From positions 270,001 through 302,000 of the forward strand of contig NZ_OW441264.1 of the NCBI RefSeq assembly GCF_936981045.1: a stretch of DNA of 32,000 bases. Direction: 5' to 3'. Of this stretch, positions 15,762 through 23,878 are shown piece by piece. Within the stretch, counting starts at the first letter, position 1, and every line of letters begins with the position of its first letter. The notes under the pieces were generated by a model that saw only the letters and a program-made list of their open reading frames with translations, had not been told where the DNA came from and did no database searches. Position numbers and translations under genes: made by a program. This stretch comes from Candidatus Saccharimonadota bacterium. GTDB lineage: Bacteria > Bacteroidota > Bacteroidia > Cytophagales > Amoebophilaceae.

Positions 15762-18700
15762 TATAACAACTATACTAGTTATAGGCGCTGGCCCCATTAT
15801 TATAGGTCAGGGCTGTGAGTTTGACTATGCTGGCACACAAGCATGTAAAGCTTTACTGGAAGATAACTATAAAGTGGTGTTGGTCAATTCAAATCCAGCA
15901 ACTATCATGACAGATGTAGCAATTGCTCATGCAACTTACATAGAGCCTATTACGGTAGAGGTTATTGAAAAAATAATTGACAAAGAAAAACCTGACGCTA
16001 TTCTATCAACAATGGGTGGGCAAACCGCTTTAAATATAGCTATGCAATTGCATGAGTCCGGCATACTAAACAAGTATGGAGTTAAAATGATAGGCGCTAG
16101 TTATGCTTCTATAAAAAAGGCAGAAGATAGGGAACTATTTAAATATTTAGTACATAAGTTAGGGTTGGAGCTACCTAAATCTTTAATAGTAGAACATATA
16201 GATCAAGCACTTTGTGCATTAAATGAATTGGGTTTACCTTGTGTGATAAGAAGCTTTTTTAGTTTAGGTGGTAATAAAAGCGGTATTGCTTATACAAAAG
16301 AAGAATTTCTAAAAATTTGTCAACAAAATTTTGCTTTGAACAGCAAACAAAAGCTTATTATTGATCAATCAATAATTGGGTGGAAAGAGTTTGAAATGGA
16401 GGTAGTGAGAGATCCTTCTGATAATTGCATCATTGTATGTACCATAGAAAATTTAAATCCAGTAGGGGTACATACAGGAGATTCCATCACTGTAGCACCC
16501 GCCCAGACCCTAACAGATAAGGAATATCAATATATGCGCGCTGCAGCTTTTGCACTTATAAGAGCAATTGGCATAGATACAGGAGGAGCTAATGTGCAAT
16601 TTGCTGTGCACCCTAAAAATGGTCAAATATTGCTTATTGAGGTCAATCCCCGCGTTTCACGTTCATCAGCGCTTGCCTCTAAAGCAACTGGTTTCCCTAT
16701 TGCAAAAGTTGCAGCAAAACTAGCGGTTGGTTATACCCTGAATGAATTAAGGAATCAAATCACCCATTCCGTAATACCCTGTTCATTTGAGCCAACTATC
16801 GATTATGTCGTTACAAAAATACCCAGATTTGATTTTGAAAAGTTTCCCAATACCAGCAATAGACTGGATACGCAAATGAGATCAGTAGGAGAGGTTATGG
16901 CAATTGGACGTAACTTTCAGGAATCTTTGCAAAAAGCTTTACAAAGTCTCGAGTTAGGCTTTAGTGGATTAGGTAAAACCCATAAAAAAAAACAACTAAC
17001 TTCGCAGTGTTTACTAGATGCCATTAGGTTTCCCCAACCAAATACTGTTTTCCTTATAGCGGATGCTTTACGTTTAGGTTGCAGCATAGAAGAAATATAT
17101 GAAGTAACTGCTATAGATAGGTGGTTTTTATTACAAATAAAAGATCTAATCGATGCAGAAATCCTGGTAACTAGCTTAACACTACAAGCAATAGATGCTT
17201 CTATGATGTGGGAGCTAAAAAGCAAAGGTTTTTCTGATAGTTATCTAGCTTTACTGTTGAATGTAACCGAGGATCAGGTGCGTTCTTATAGGCATAAGCT
17301 TAAAATTAGGCCTGTCTATAAAAGGGTTGATAGCTGTGCAGCTGAGTTTGCTACATCAACAGCTTATATGTATTCGACCTATGACTTGGCTTGTGAAGCT
17401 TTACCTACAAAAAATAAAAAGGTAATCATTCTAGGTAGTGGCCCCAATAGAATAGGACAGGGCATAGAATTTGATTTTAGTTGCACCCATGCAGCTCTTG
17501 CGCTTAAGGAGAAAGGTTTTGAGGTAATTATGGTTAACTCCAATCCTGAAACTGTTTCTACAGATTATGACATATCTGATCGATTATATTTTGAACCATT
17601 GACGCTAGAACATATATTAGAAATAATTAATATAGAAGAGCCACTTGGTGTTATAGTTCAATTTGGTGGTCAAACGCCTCTTAAACTAGCCTCAGCTTTA
17701 CATAAGATTGGTGTCAAGATTCTAGGTTCTTCTATGGCTTCAATAGAGACAACTGAAGATCGAATCTTATTCAAAGAATTTATTCATAAACTAGAAATAC
17801 CACATTTTCATAGTTTGCTATTCGATAGTAAGCAAAAGATCCAAGAAGCTACCCTTGCCTATCCAATTATTATACGTCCTTCTTATGTGCTGGGTGGGGG
17901 AAATATGAAAATAATATATAATCAAAAGGAATTAAAAGATTACCTTCTTAATCTTAGTGAAGCTAACAGAAACAATGTCCCATTTTTAGTAGAGCAGTTT
18001 GTAGAGCATGCCATTGAGATTGATGTAGATGCTGTTTTCGATGGCAAAGAGCTTTTAATTGGAGCAATAATAGAACAAATGGAAACTGCAGGCATTCACT
18101 CAGGAGACTCGATATGTTGCTTGCCTGCTTTCAGCTTAACTAAACATATAACTGACAAAGTAATAAAATATTGCAATATGCTGGCTATAGCTCTTAATGT
18201 GAAAGGCCTTATGAATATTCAATTCATTGTTAAGTATAATGAAGTATATGTCTTGGAAGTTAACCTTAGAGCCTCAAGAACAGTCCCTTTTGTTACTAAA
18301 GCAACTAAGGTTCCACTAGCTAAAATAGCAGCATTATGCTTAATGGATATTGGGTTAAAAGAACAAAAATTAGTTGCTAAACCATTACCAAATTTATTTT
18401 CAATTAAAATGCCTGTTTTCCCGTTTGCTAAATTTTTATATACGGATAACTTTTTAGGACCAGAAATGAAATCTACTGGAGAAGTGATGGGTATAGATAG
18501 TAGCTTACATAAAGCCTTACTAAAAGCTTGTTTAGCGGTAGGTTATACCATTTCATTGGAAAGTAACATTTTAATATGGCAATCCCCTCATGATCAAATA
18601 GCTAGAATCATTGGTTTAATAAACAAAGCCTTTTCTAATGTTTTTATTAATCATAAGCTAAATACTCACCTTGCAAATATAAAAAACTTAACCTATAAAG

Positions 18701-18951
18701 TCCTTGTTATAAGAGAAAATGACATTATCGATTTAATGAGAAATAAACATTTTGATATTATTATTAATATACCTAATCTAGAAAAGCTAGAGATGTATGG
18801 CTGTGCCATTCGTCAAGAGGCATTTATAAGAAAAACTTTGTATTTGGATTCACTTAGAAGTGTAAATACGTTTTTCAACGTTGAATTAACTAAACCCTAT
18901 AAAGTGAAAAGTCTACAAGATTATTATAACGCAAGTTTGGGATTTATTTGA
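15745..18951 (+). CDS. carB: Carbamoyl-phosphate synthase large subunit; native C-terminus replaced by a MITE insertion
   Basis: 1068 aa with duplicated ATP-grasp halves (ILVIGAGPIIIGQGCEFDYAGTQA and VIILGSGPNRIGQGIEFDFSCTHA; IEVNPRVSRSSALASKATG; LEVNLRASRTVPF). The last 7 codons plus the TGA (18928-18951) are encoded by the left end of the MITE. Confidence 0.93.
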   Translation: MPRRDDITTILVIGAGPIIIGQGCEFDYAGTQACKALLEDNYKVVLVNSNPATIMTDVAIAHATYIEPITVEVIEKIIDKEKPDAILSTMGGQTALNIAMQLHESGILNKYGVKMIGASYASIKKAEDRELFKYLVHKLGLELPKSLIVEHIDQALCALNELGLPCVIRSFFSLGGNKSGIAYTKEEFLKICQQNFALNSKQKLIIDQSIIGWKEFEMEVVRDPSDNCIIVCTIENLNPVGVHTGDSITVAPAQTLTDKEYQYMRAAAFALIRAIGIDTGGANVQFAVHPKNGQILLIEVNPRVSRSSALASKATGFPIAKVAAKLAVGYTLNELRNQITHSVIPCSFEPTIDYVVTKIPRFDFEKFPNTSNRLDTQMRSVGEVMAIGRNFQESLQKALQSLELGFSGLGKTHKKKQLTSQCLLDAIRFPQPNTVFLIADALRLGCSIEEIYEVTAIDRWFLLQIKDLIDAEILVTSLTLQAIDASMMWELKSKGFSDSYLALLLNVTEDQVRSYRHKLKIRPVYKRVDSCAAEFATSTAYMYSTYDLACEALPTKNKKVIILGSGPNRIGQGIEFDFSCTHAALALKEKGFEVIMVNSNPETVSTDYDISDRLYFEPLTLEHILEIINIEEPLGVIVQFGGQTPLKLASALHKIGVKILGSSMASIETTEDRILFKEFIHKLEIPHFHSLLFDSKQKIQEATLAYPIIIRPSYVLGGGNMKIIYNQKELKDYLLNLSEANRNNVPFLVEQFVEHAIEIDVDAVFDGKELLIGAIIEQMETAGIHSGDSICCLPAFSLTKHITDKVIKYCNMLAIALNVKGLMNIQFIVKYNEVYVLEVNLRASRTVPFVTKATKVPLAKIAALCLMDIGLKEQKLVAKPLPNLFSIKMPVFPFAKFLYTDNFLGPEMKSTGEVMGIDSSLHKALLKACLAVGYTISLESNILIWQSPHDQIARIIGLINKAFSNVFINHKLNTHLANIKNLTYKVLVIRENDIIDLMRNKHFDIIINIPNLEKLEMYGCAIRQEAFIRKTLYLDSLRSVNTFFNVELTKPYKVKSLQDYYNASLGFI

Positions 18952-19168
18952 CTGATTTACAACAATTTAATATCAATTATTTAGTTAATATTTGCACCTA
19001 TTTAATAAGTTTTTATATCTAATTTTATAAATATAATATATATAATAAACTGATTATCAGAATTATTTGTTATTAAACTACCTATTTAATTATCTATAAA
19101 ACAAATTTTATAAATTTTTATCAATATTGATTATCAAATGAAAAAATAATCTAATCCCGAACTCACGT
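18929..19168 (+). mobile_element. MITE with IS982-type ends, copy 1 (complete, left TIR slightly decayed)
   Basis: Collinear with the copy at 30107-30347 along its whole length. Ends are ACGCAAGTTTGGGATT (left) and AATCCCGAACTCACGT (right). The 5-bp direct repeat TTATA lies at 18924-18928 and 19169-19173. No ORF; very AT-rich. Confidence 0.88.
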
Positions 19169-19173
19169 TTATA

Positions 19174-19223
19174 GGGAACACATGAGGGAAGCCGCAGGTA
19201 AATTGATTCGTAATATAGTCTAA
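19174..19223 (+). pseudogene. carB: Orphaned native 3' end of carB, displaced by the MITE
   Basis: Removing 18929-19173 (MITE plus one target-duplication copy) joins ...CAA GAT TAT TAT A to GG GAA CAC ATG AGG GAA GCC GCA GGT AAA TTG ATT CGT AAT ATA GTC TAA in the carB frame. That gives ...SLQDYYREHMREAAGKLIRNIV followed by a stop. Confidence 0.8.
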
Positions 19224-19351
19224 AAATTATAGGCATCAATTAACAAGGGGCTAACTGGGAAGGTAATAAAAGTTGATACTTACTAGCCAATTAAAAATAA
19301 TTCATAGAAAGTAACTTTTTGTGCAGAGCATTGGTTTAAAAGAATAATATT

Positions 19352-20035
19352 ATGATAAAAATTGCTGTAGTAATTTCAGGATGTGGTTTTTTAGATGGAG
19401 CAGAAATTTTTGAAACAATCTTTACGTTGCTTGAATTAGATAAACATGACGCCAGTGTCAAAATTTTTGCTCCTAATCAAAAACAACATTGCGTAATCAA
19501 CCATTTAACAGGCCAAGCAATGACCCAAGAACGCAATATTCTGGTAGAATCAGCCCGTATTGCGCGTGGTAAAATTTACCCATTAAGTAAACTAGATGTT
19601 ACAAATTTTAATGCACTTATATTACCTGGTGGAGCTGGTGTTGCTACAAGCTTATCTGATTTGGCTTTTAAAAATGAAAATGCTATGGTAATAGATGACT
19701 TAAAATCTATTATTGTCCAGTTCTACAAGTCATTAAAACCAATCGGAGCCATATGTATTGCTCCAGCTATATTGGCTTTAGCCTTGAAGGAATATACTAA
19801 GGTAAAAATTACGCTAGGAGCAAGCAATCCATTAATAAATAAAATAGGCGCACTAGAAGAGACTTGTAAAGCTAATAGTATTGTTGTAGACCATGATAAT
19901 AAATTAGTTACTACACCTGCTTTTATGTCAAATGCTCCATTAACTAAGATACATCATGGTATTAGCAACCTAGTAGCCAAGGTTATTGAGATGAGCTGTA
20001 AATTAGCTATCGGGTCTTTTGTTTTAAGTGTGTAA
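19352..20035 (+). CDS. elbB: ElbB-like DJ-1/PfpI-superfamily protein; last 8 codons read into an IS end
   Basis: 227 aa, collinear by recall with E. coli ElbB (YhbL): IAVVISGCGFLDGAEI, INHLTG, ALILPGGAG, nucleophile-elbow ICIAPA, DNKLVTTPAF. From 20012 the frame runs through the lineage-A IS left repeat (GSFVLSV, then stop). Confidence 0.8.
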   Translation: MIKIAVVISGCGFLDGAEIFETIFTLLELDKHDASVKIFAPNQKQHCVINHLTGQAMTQERNILVESARIARGKIYPLSKLDVTNFNALILPGGAGVATSLSDLAFKNENAMVIDDLKSIIVQFYKSLKPIGAICIAPAILALALKEYTKVKITLGASNPLINKIGALEETCKANSIVVDHDNKLVTTPAFMSNAPLTKIHHGISNLVAKVIEMSCKLAIGSFVLSV

Positions 20036-21130
20036 ATATTTTTTAGGATTTATCTTTACCTAAATCATAACACTTAAAACAATGAAAAGAAAAGAGACAG
20101 TTAAAGATGGGATAAGCAAGGCCATAGATGTACTGATAGAATCAGGTGTAGACCTTTCCAGACTTTTTGATCAAGACGGCTTACTCAAACAATTAAGTAA
20201 GCGTCTTGTAGAAAAAGCATTATATGCTAAAGGTATGAGTCTATCAGATATTCAGATTCAAATACAGGAATTATATGGCGCAGAAGTAAGTGAAAGCCTG
20301 ATAAGTAACATCACAGACTCTGTTATTGAATATGTTAAGATATGGCAAAATCGTCCCTTAGAATCAGTCTATTATATTGTTTTTTTTGATTGCTTTGTAG
20401 TTAAAGTTAGACAAGATAAGCGCATCATCAACAAGGCAGTCTATGTCGCTTTAGGTATAGATAGATCTGGCATAAAGGATGTTTTAGGGCTTTGGATGAG
20501 TGAAAATGAAGGGGCTAAATTTTGGTTAGGCAATTTAACAGAACTCAAAAATCGGGGTATGAACGATATGCTCATTGCATGTACAGATAATTTGTCAGGC
20601 ATGTCTGAGGCCATTGCTGCTGTATACCCAAAAACGGAACATCAGCTCTGTATTGTTCATGCAATTAGGGGTAGTTTGCAGTATGTTTCTTATAAACATA
20701 GAAAGGTATTAGTTGCTGATTTAAAACCAATTTATACAGCAGTTACCGAGCAAGAAGCATTGATGGCCTTAGAAGCTTTTGCTACTAAGTGGAATCAACA
20801 ATACCCATAAATAGCCCAATCTTGGTATGCTAACTGGGATAATCTGATGGTATTTTTACAGTACCCTAATGCCATACGTAAGGTCATTTACACAACAAAT
20901 GTTTGGAATCTGTAAATAGCCAATTTCGTAGAGTTACCAAAAATAAAAGAGTGTTCCCTAACGATCTAGCTGTTTTTAAAACATTATATCTAACTATTAA
21001 CTACATGACTAGAAAATGGACCACCTCTATTCATAACTGGAGCGAGGCTATGGCACATTTTTTAATTAAATTTGAAAACAGAATTGAATAAAACCAAAAA
21101 AATAATTTACACACTTAAGTGGACAGAGCT
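20012..21130 (+). mobile_element. IS256-family lineage A, copy 2 (defective)
   Basis: Same left repeat (GGGTCTTTTGTTTTAAGTGTGTAAAT at 20012-20037) and right-end text (ATTTACACACTTAAGTGGACAG) as copy 1. About 215 bp shorter than copy 1. No matching 8-bp target duplication. The right end abuts the lineage-B element. Confidence 0.88.
20082..21091 (+). pseudogene. IS256-family transposase pseudogene (lineage A, copy 2)
   Basis: Relative to 11558-12778 it has three defects. There is an in-frame 71-codon deletion (EKAL joined directly to YAKGMSLSD). A CAA-to-TAA change at 20808-20810 truncates YPQIA. There is a 1-nt deletion at ~20900-20906 (AATGCTGTTGAATC becomes AATGTTTGGAATC). Confidence 0.9.
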
Positions 21131-22496
21131 GCTTCTAAGGGAAGTGTTCTGTAAACTGTGTCACATCTCCTGTTCATCTCAACGTCTATTTTAATCTACC
21201 GGGAAAAAAGATGTCTATCTGAGATATGGTCAACGCCCAGTTTCGCAGCGGCATAGTCCATTTATCCTCGATCTTCTTTATGGCACAATATACTAATTTA
21301 TACAAAGCATTTATACTGGTAAACGCTCCTTTTGTCTTGGTAAACTTCCTAATCTGCCTATGCAAGCTTTCTATAGGATTGGTGGTATAAATTAGCCTTC
21401 TGACAGGATCTGAATACTTAAAATAACCAGACAAATGTTCCCAATTATTTTGCCAAGATTTGGTAACCATTGGATACTTCCCCCCCCATTTTTCTTCTAA
21501 TTCCAATAGATAATGCTCAGCAACTTCCTTACTTGAAGCTTGATATATTTGCTTTAAATCAGTTAAAAAACGTTTTACGTCTTTGCTAGCTACGTACTTG
21601 AGTGAGTTTCGTATCTGATGTACTACACAGACCTGCACTTGTGCATTAGGGAAAACGCTATTTATGGCTGAAGGAAAGCTTTTTAGGCCATCAACACAGG
21701 CAATAAGGATATCTTCTACACCTCTTTCCTTAAGCTCGTTAAGTACACCCAACCAGAAGTTAGCCCACTCACTTTCAGACAAATAAAATCCCAATACTTC
21801 TTTTTTACCCTCTTGATCTATGCCTAATAAGGTATACATGCATTTGCTTACACATCTGCCATCTTCTTTTACCTTAAAAAACATCCTATCCATGAAAACT
21901 ATCGGATAAACTGATTGAAGAGGGCGGTTACGCCATTCATTTATTATCGGTAACAAGCTATCTGTAATAGATGATATTTCAGCAGCTGATACTTTATGAT
22001 CATAGATCTCTTCAACATGAACGGCTATAGATTTATAGCTCATACCACTAGAAAACATGCTTAAGATCTTGCTTTCCAGCTCAGGATGTAGGCTTGTTTG
22101 ACGCTTTTTAACTATTTGTGGATCGAAACTACCTGTCCTATCCCTAGGAGTTAGCAGATCAAAGGAACCAGAACTTGTACGTAAAGTTTTAGAGCTTTTT
22201 CCATTTCTTCTATTATTTTCTGTTGAATCACTAGATAAATGGTGTGCCATTTCACCTTCTAGACTTGCCTCTAGAAGCTTTTTTATCAGAGGCGTTAAAG
22301 CACCACCTTTTCCTGTTAAAGGCTTACCTAAACGGATAGAGCACAAAATATTTTCCTCCAGAGATTTGTAATCTACTAAACCAACATAGGAATTGTCCTT
22401 ATTTTCTTCCATGTCTAAAACCTTTAATGTTTATTTAATTAATTTATAACTTTTTATCGCCTTGACACAGTTTATAGAACACTTCCCCTTTAAGCC
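21131..22496 (-). mobile_element. IS256-family insertion sequence, lineage B, copy 1 (intact transposase)
   Basis: Terminal inverted repeats: AAGGGAAGTGTTCTGTAAACTGTGTCA at 21137-21163, against the reverse complement of 22463-22490 (AAGGGGAAGTGTTCTATAAACTGTGTCA). Outer limits are uncertain by ~8 bp. No target duplication is detectable. Confidence 0.85.
21186..22412 (-). CDS. IS256-family DDE transposase (lineage B)
   Basis: 408 aa: LIKKLLEASLEGEMAHHL, NRRNGKSSKTLRT, TPRDRTGSFDPQIVKKRQ, YPIVFMDRMFFKV, ANFWLGVLNELKERG, ILIACVDGL, VCVVHQIRNSLKY, IYTTNPIESLHRQIRKFTK. Confidence 0.92.
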   Translation of the reverse strand: MEENKDNSYVGLVDYKSLEENILCSIRLGKPLTGKGGALTPLIKKLLEASLEGEMAHHLSSDSTENNRRNGKSSKTLRTSSGSFDLLTPRDRTGSFDPQIVKKRQTSLHPELESKILSMFSSGMSYKSIAVHVEEIYDHKVSAAEISSITDSLLPIINEWRNRPLQSVYPIVFMDRMFFKVKEDGRCVSKCMYTLLGIDQEGKKEVLGFYLSESEWANFWLGVLNELKERGVEDILIACVDGLKSFPSAINSVFPNAQVQVCVVHQIRNSLKYVASKDVKRFLTDLKQIYQASSKEVAEHYLLELEEKWGGKYPMVTKSWQNNWEHLSGYFKYSDPVRRLIYTTNPIESLHRQIRKFTKTKGAFTSINALYKLVYCAIKKIEDKWTMPLRNWALTISQIDIFFPGRLK

Positions 22497-23549
22497 CTTA
22501 TCTACAAAGGCACATTTCACCTTAGTACCAGATAGTTTTTCTGCTTGTAATAAACTCCTCTGTAAGCTATGTCCATCATATACATTAGGATGTAAAGCTT
22601 CCGTGGATACAATTAACCCCTGTTTATGGGTTAGCGTAAATTGTACCTTGCAACCATATTCATACGGATTTGAAGGCTTACCTTTACTCACACAGTAGAC
22701 AGAGGGTTCATGGATACTGTAAACTTTATTTTTACTTTTTTTGATTGGTTGATAATTCTTTTTCTTAGAGATAGTAGCTGTGTAAATTGAGTGCGTATTT
22801 GCTCATCACAGGATTGTATAGAGCGTTATACATCTCTTACTACGCGCCCAAGATAGTTTTTTAATGTTTTAACGCCCTTGGATAAACGTTTAAATTGCTT
22901 AGCATGTGCATAGCCATCAACTTTACGTTTGATAGCTGCTCTTAGACGTTGGTAGTTTTGACGAAGTTTAATACCTGTTTTCTTGGCTATACTGACCAGC
23001 TTTTCTCTAGCCTTATTCAGCAATGAAGAATCAGTAGGAAAGCGAATATTTTTCTCCATTACAGCAGTATCAGGTATCACTTTTTCAAGTTCTTTTGAGC
23101 AAACTACTTTTTTTAAGGGCTAGTTGTATAGTCATCGATAAGATTTTGTTGAGACCTTCTTCTCCCAATCTCTGAGGCCAACGGGTTAATGAACTAGGAT
23201 GACAAGGTGACTTAATCTGAAAATAATCATAACCACAAAAGTATTGCCAATAAGGATTTTCTATCCATCTAAGGACTACTTGCTCATCAGAAATGTGATA
23301 CATATGACTCAGAATCAGCAGGCCTACAATGAGATGAATAGGTAAGGGAAGCTGTCCAGGGCCATAGGTAAAGCAGCGGTCTAAATCTGACTCTAGAGAG
23401 CGCCAAGGAAGCGAATCAGCTAACTGGAATAAAGCGTGTTTTGGATTAAGAAAACTAGATAAGTGTTGCTCAAGCAGTCTACCATAATTATGATATATCT
23501 TCTTAGATTTTATCCCTATTTTGCAAGCTTTTTGTACAAAACAAACCAA
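22497..23549 (-). pseudogene. IS5-family transposase pseudogene (element 2), in three frame-broken pieces and 3'-truncated by the lineage-B IS
   Basis: ORF pieces are 23085-23549 (DUF772-like LPLPIHLIVGLLILSHMYHISDEQVVLRWIENPYWQYFCG...SSLTRW), 22826-23080 (DTAVMEKNIRFPTDSSLLNKAREKLV...YAHAKQFKRL..LKNYLGRVVRDV) and 22431-22691 (GKPSNPYEYGCKV...HPNVYDGHSL...AFVDKG). The last piece runs into the lineage-B IS end. Its 5' non-coding end probably extends to ~23620. Confidence 0.8.
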
Positions 23550-23620
23550 AATTTGGTTATTCTATAATACAAATTTAATCATATTTATCTTGATTAACAA
23601 ATAAATATATAATATTTCAG

Positions 23621-23769
23621 GGACGACTACATAAGCAAAGATTTGTTTGAAAAACTGATCGAGAAAGGCGTGGAACTCATTGCCCAGATCAGAAAAAATA
23701 TGAAAAATGCTTTTATGCCACTCTGGGATAAACTGATGCTTAGAAAACGATCTATAATTGAAACTATTA
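23621..23769 (+). pseudogene. IS982-family transposase remnant, part 1 (5'-truncated, then split by the MITE)
   Basis: Reads [49 protein letters not shown], which matches the conserved C-terminal third of IS982-family transposases by recall. Continues at 25298. Confidence 0.8.
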
Positions 23770-23878
23770 ACGTGAGTTCTGGATTTATTTGACTGATTTA
23801 CAACAATTTAATATCAATTATTTAGTTAATATTTGCACCTATTTAACAAGTTTTTATATCTAATTTTATAAATATAAT
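23770..23878 (+). mobile_element. MITE copy 2, left half (split by the IS5-family element 1)
   Basis: Near-identical to 30107-30215, starting with ACGTGAGTTCTGGATTTATTTGACTG. The 5-bp target duplication TATTA is at 23765-23769 and is paired with 25293-25297. Confidence 0.88.

Noticed and set aside
18952-19168. The AT-rich block after carB as a promoter/terminator region or a replication-origin-like sequence
   Set aside because: The whole block is the interior of the MITE and recurs verbatim at 30130-30347, so its composition is a property of the element rather than a local regulatory feature.
19174-19351. Possible riboswitch or leader RNA upstream of the elbB-like gene
   Set aside because: The first 50 bp are explained as the displaced carB tail. 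I recognise no riboswitch core motifs in the remainder, and a covariance-model scan would be needed to say more.
22462-22698. 78-aa plus-strand ORF beginning MTQFIEHF
   Set aside because: Its first codons are the terminal repeat of the lineage-B IS (the same MTQF.EHF start appears at 29288). The rest is antisense to the IS5-family fragment, so it is an artefact of IS junctions.
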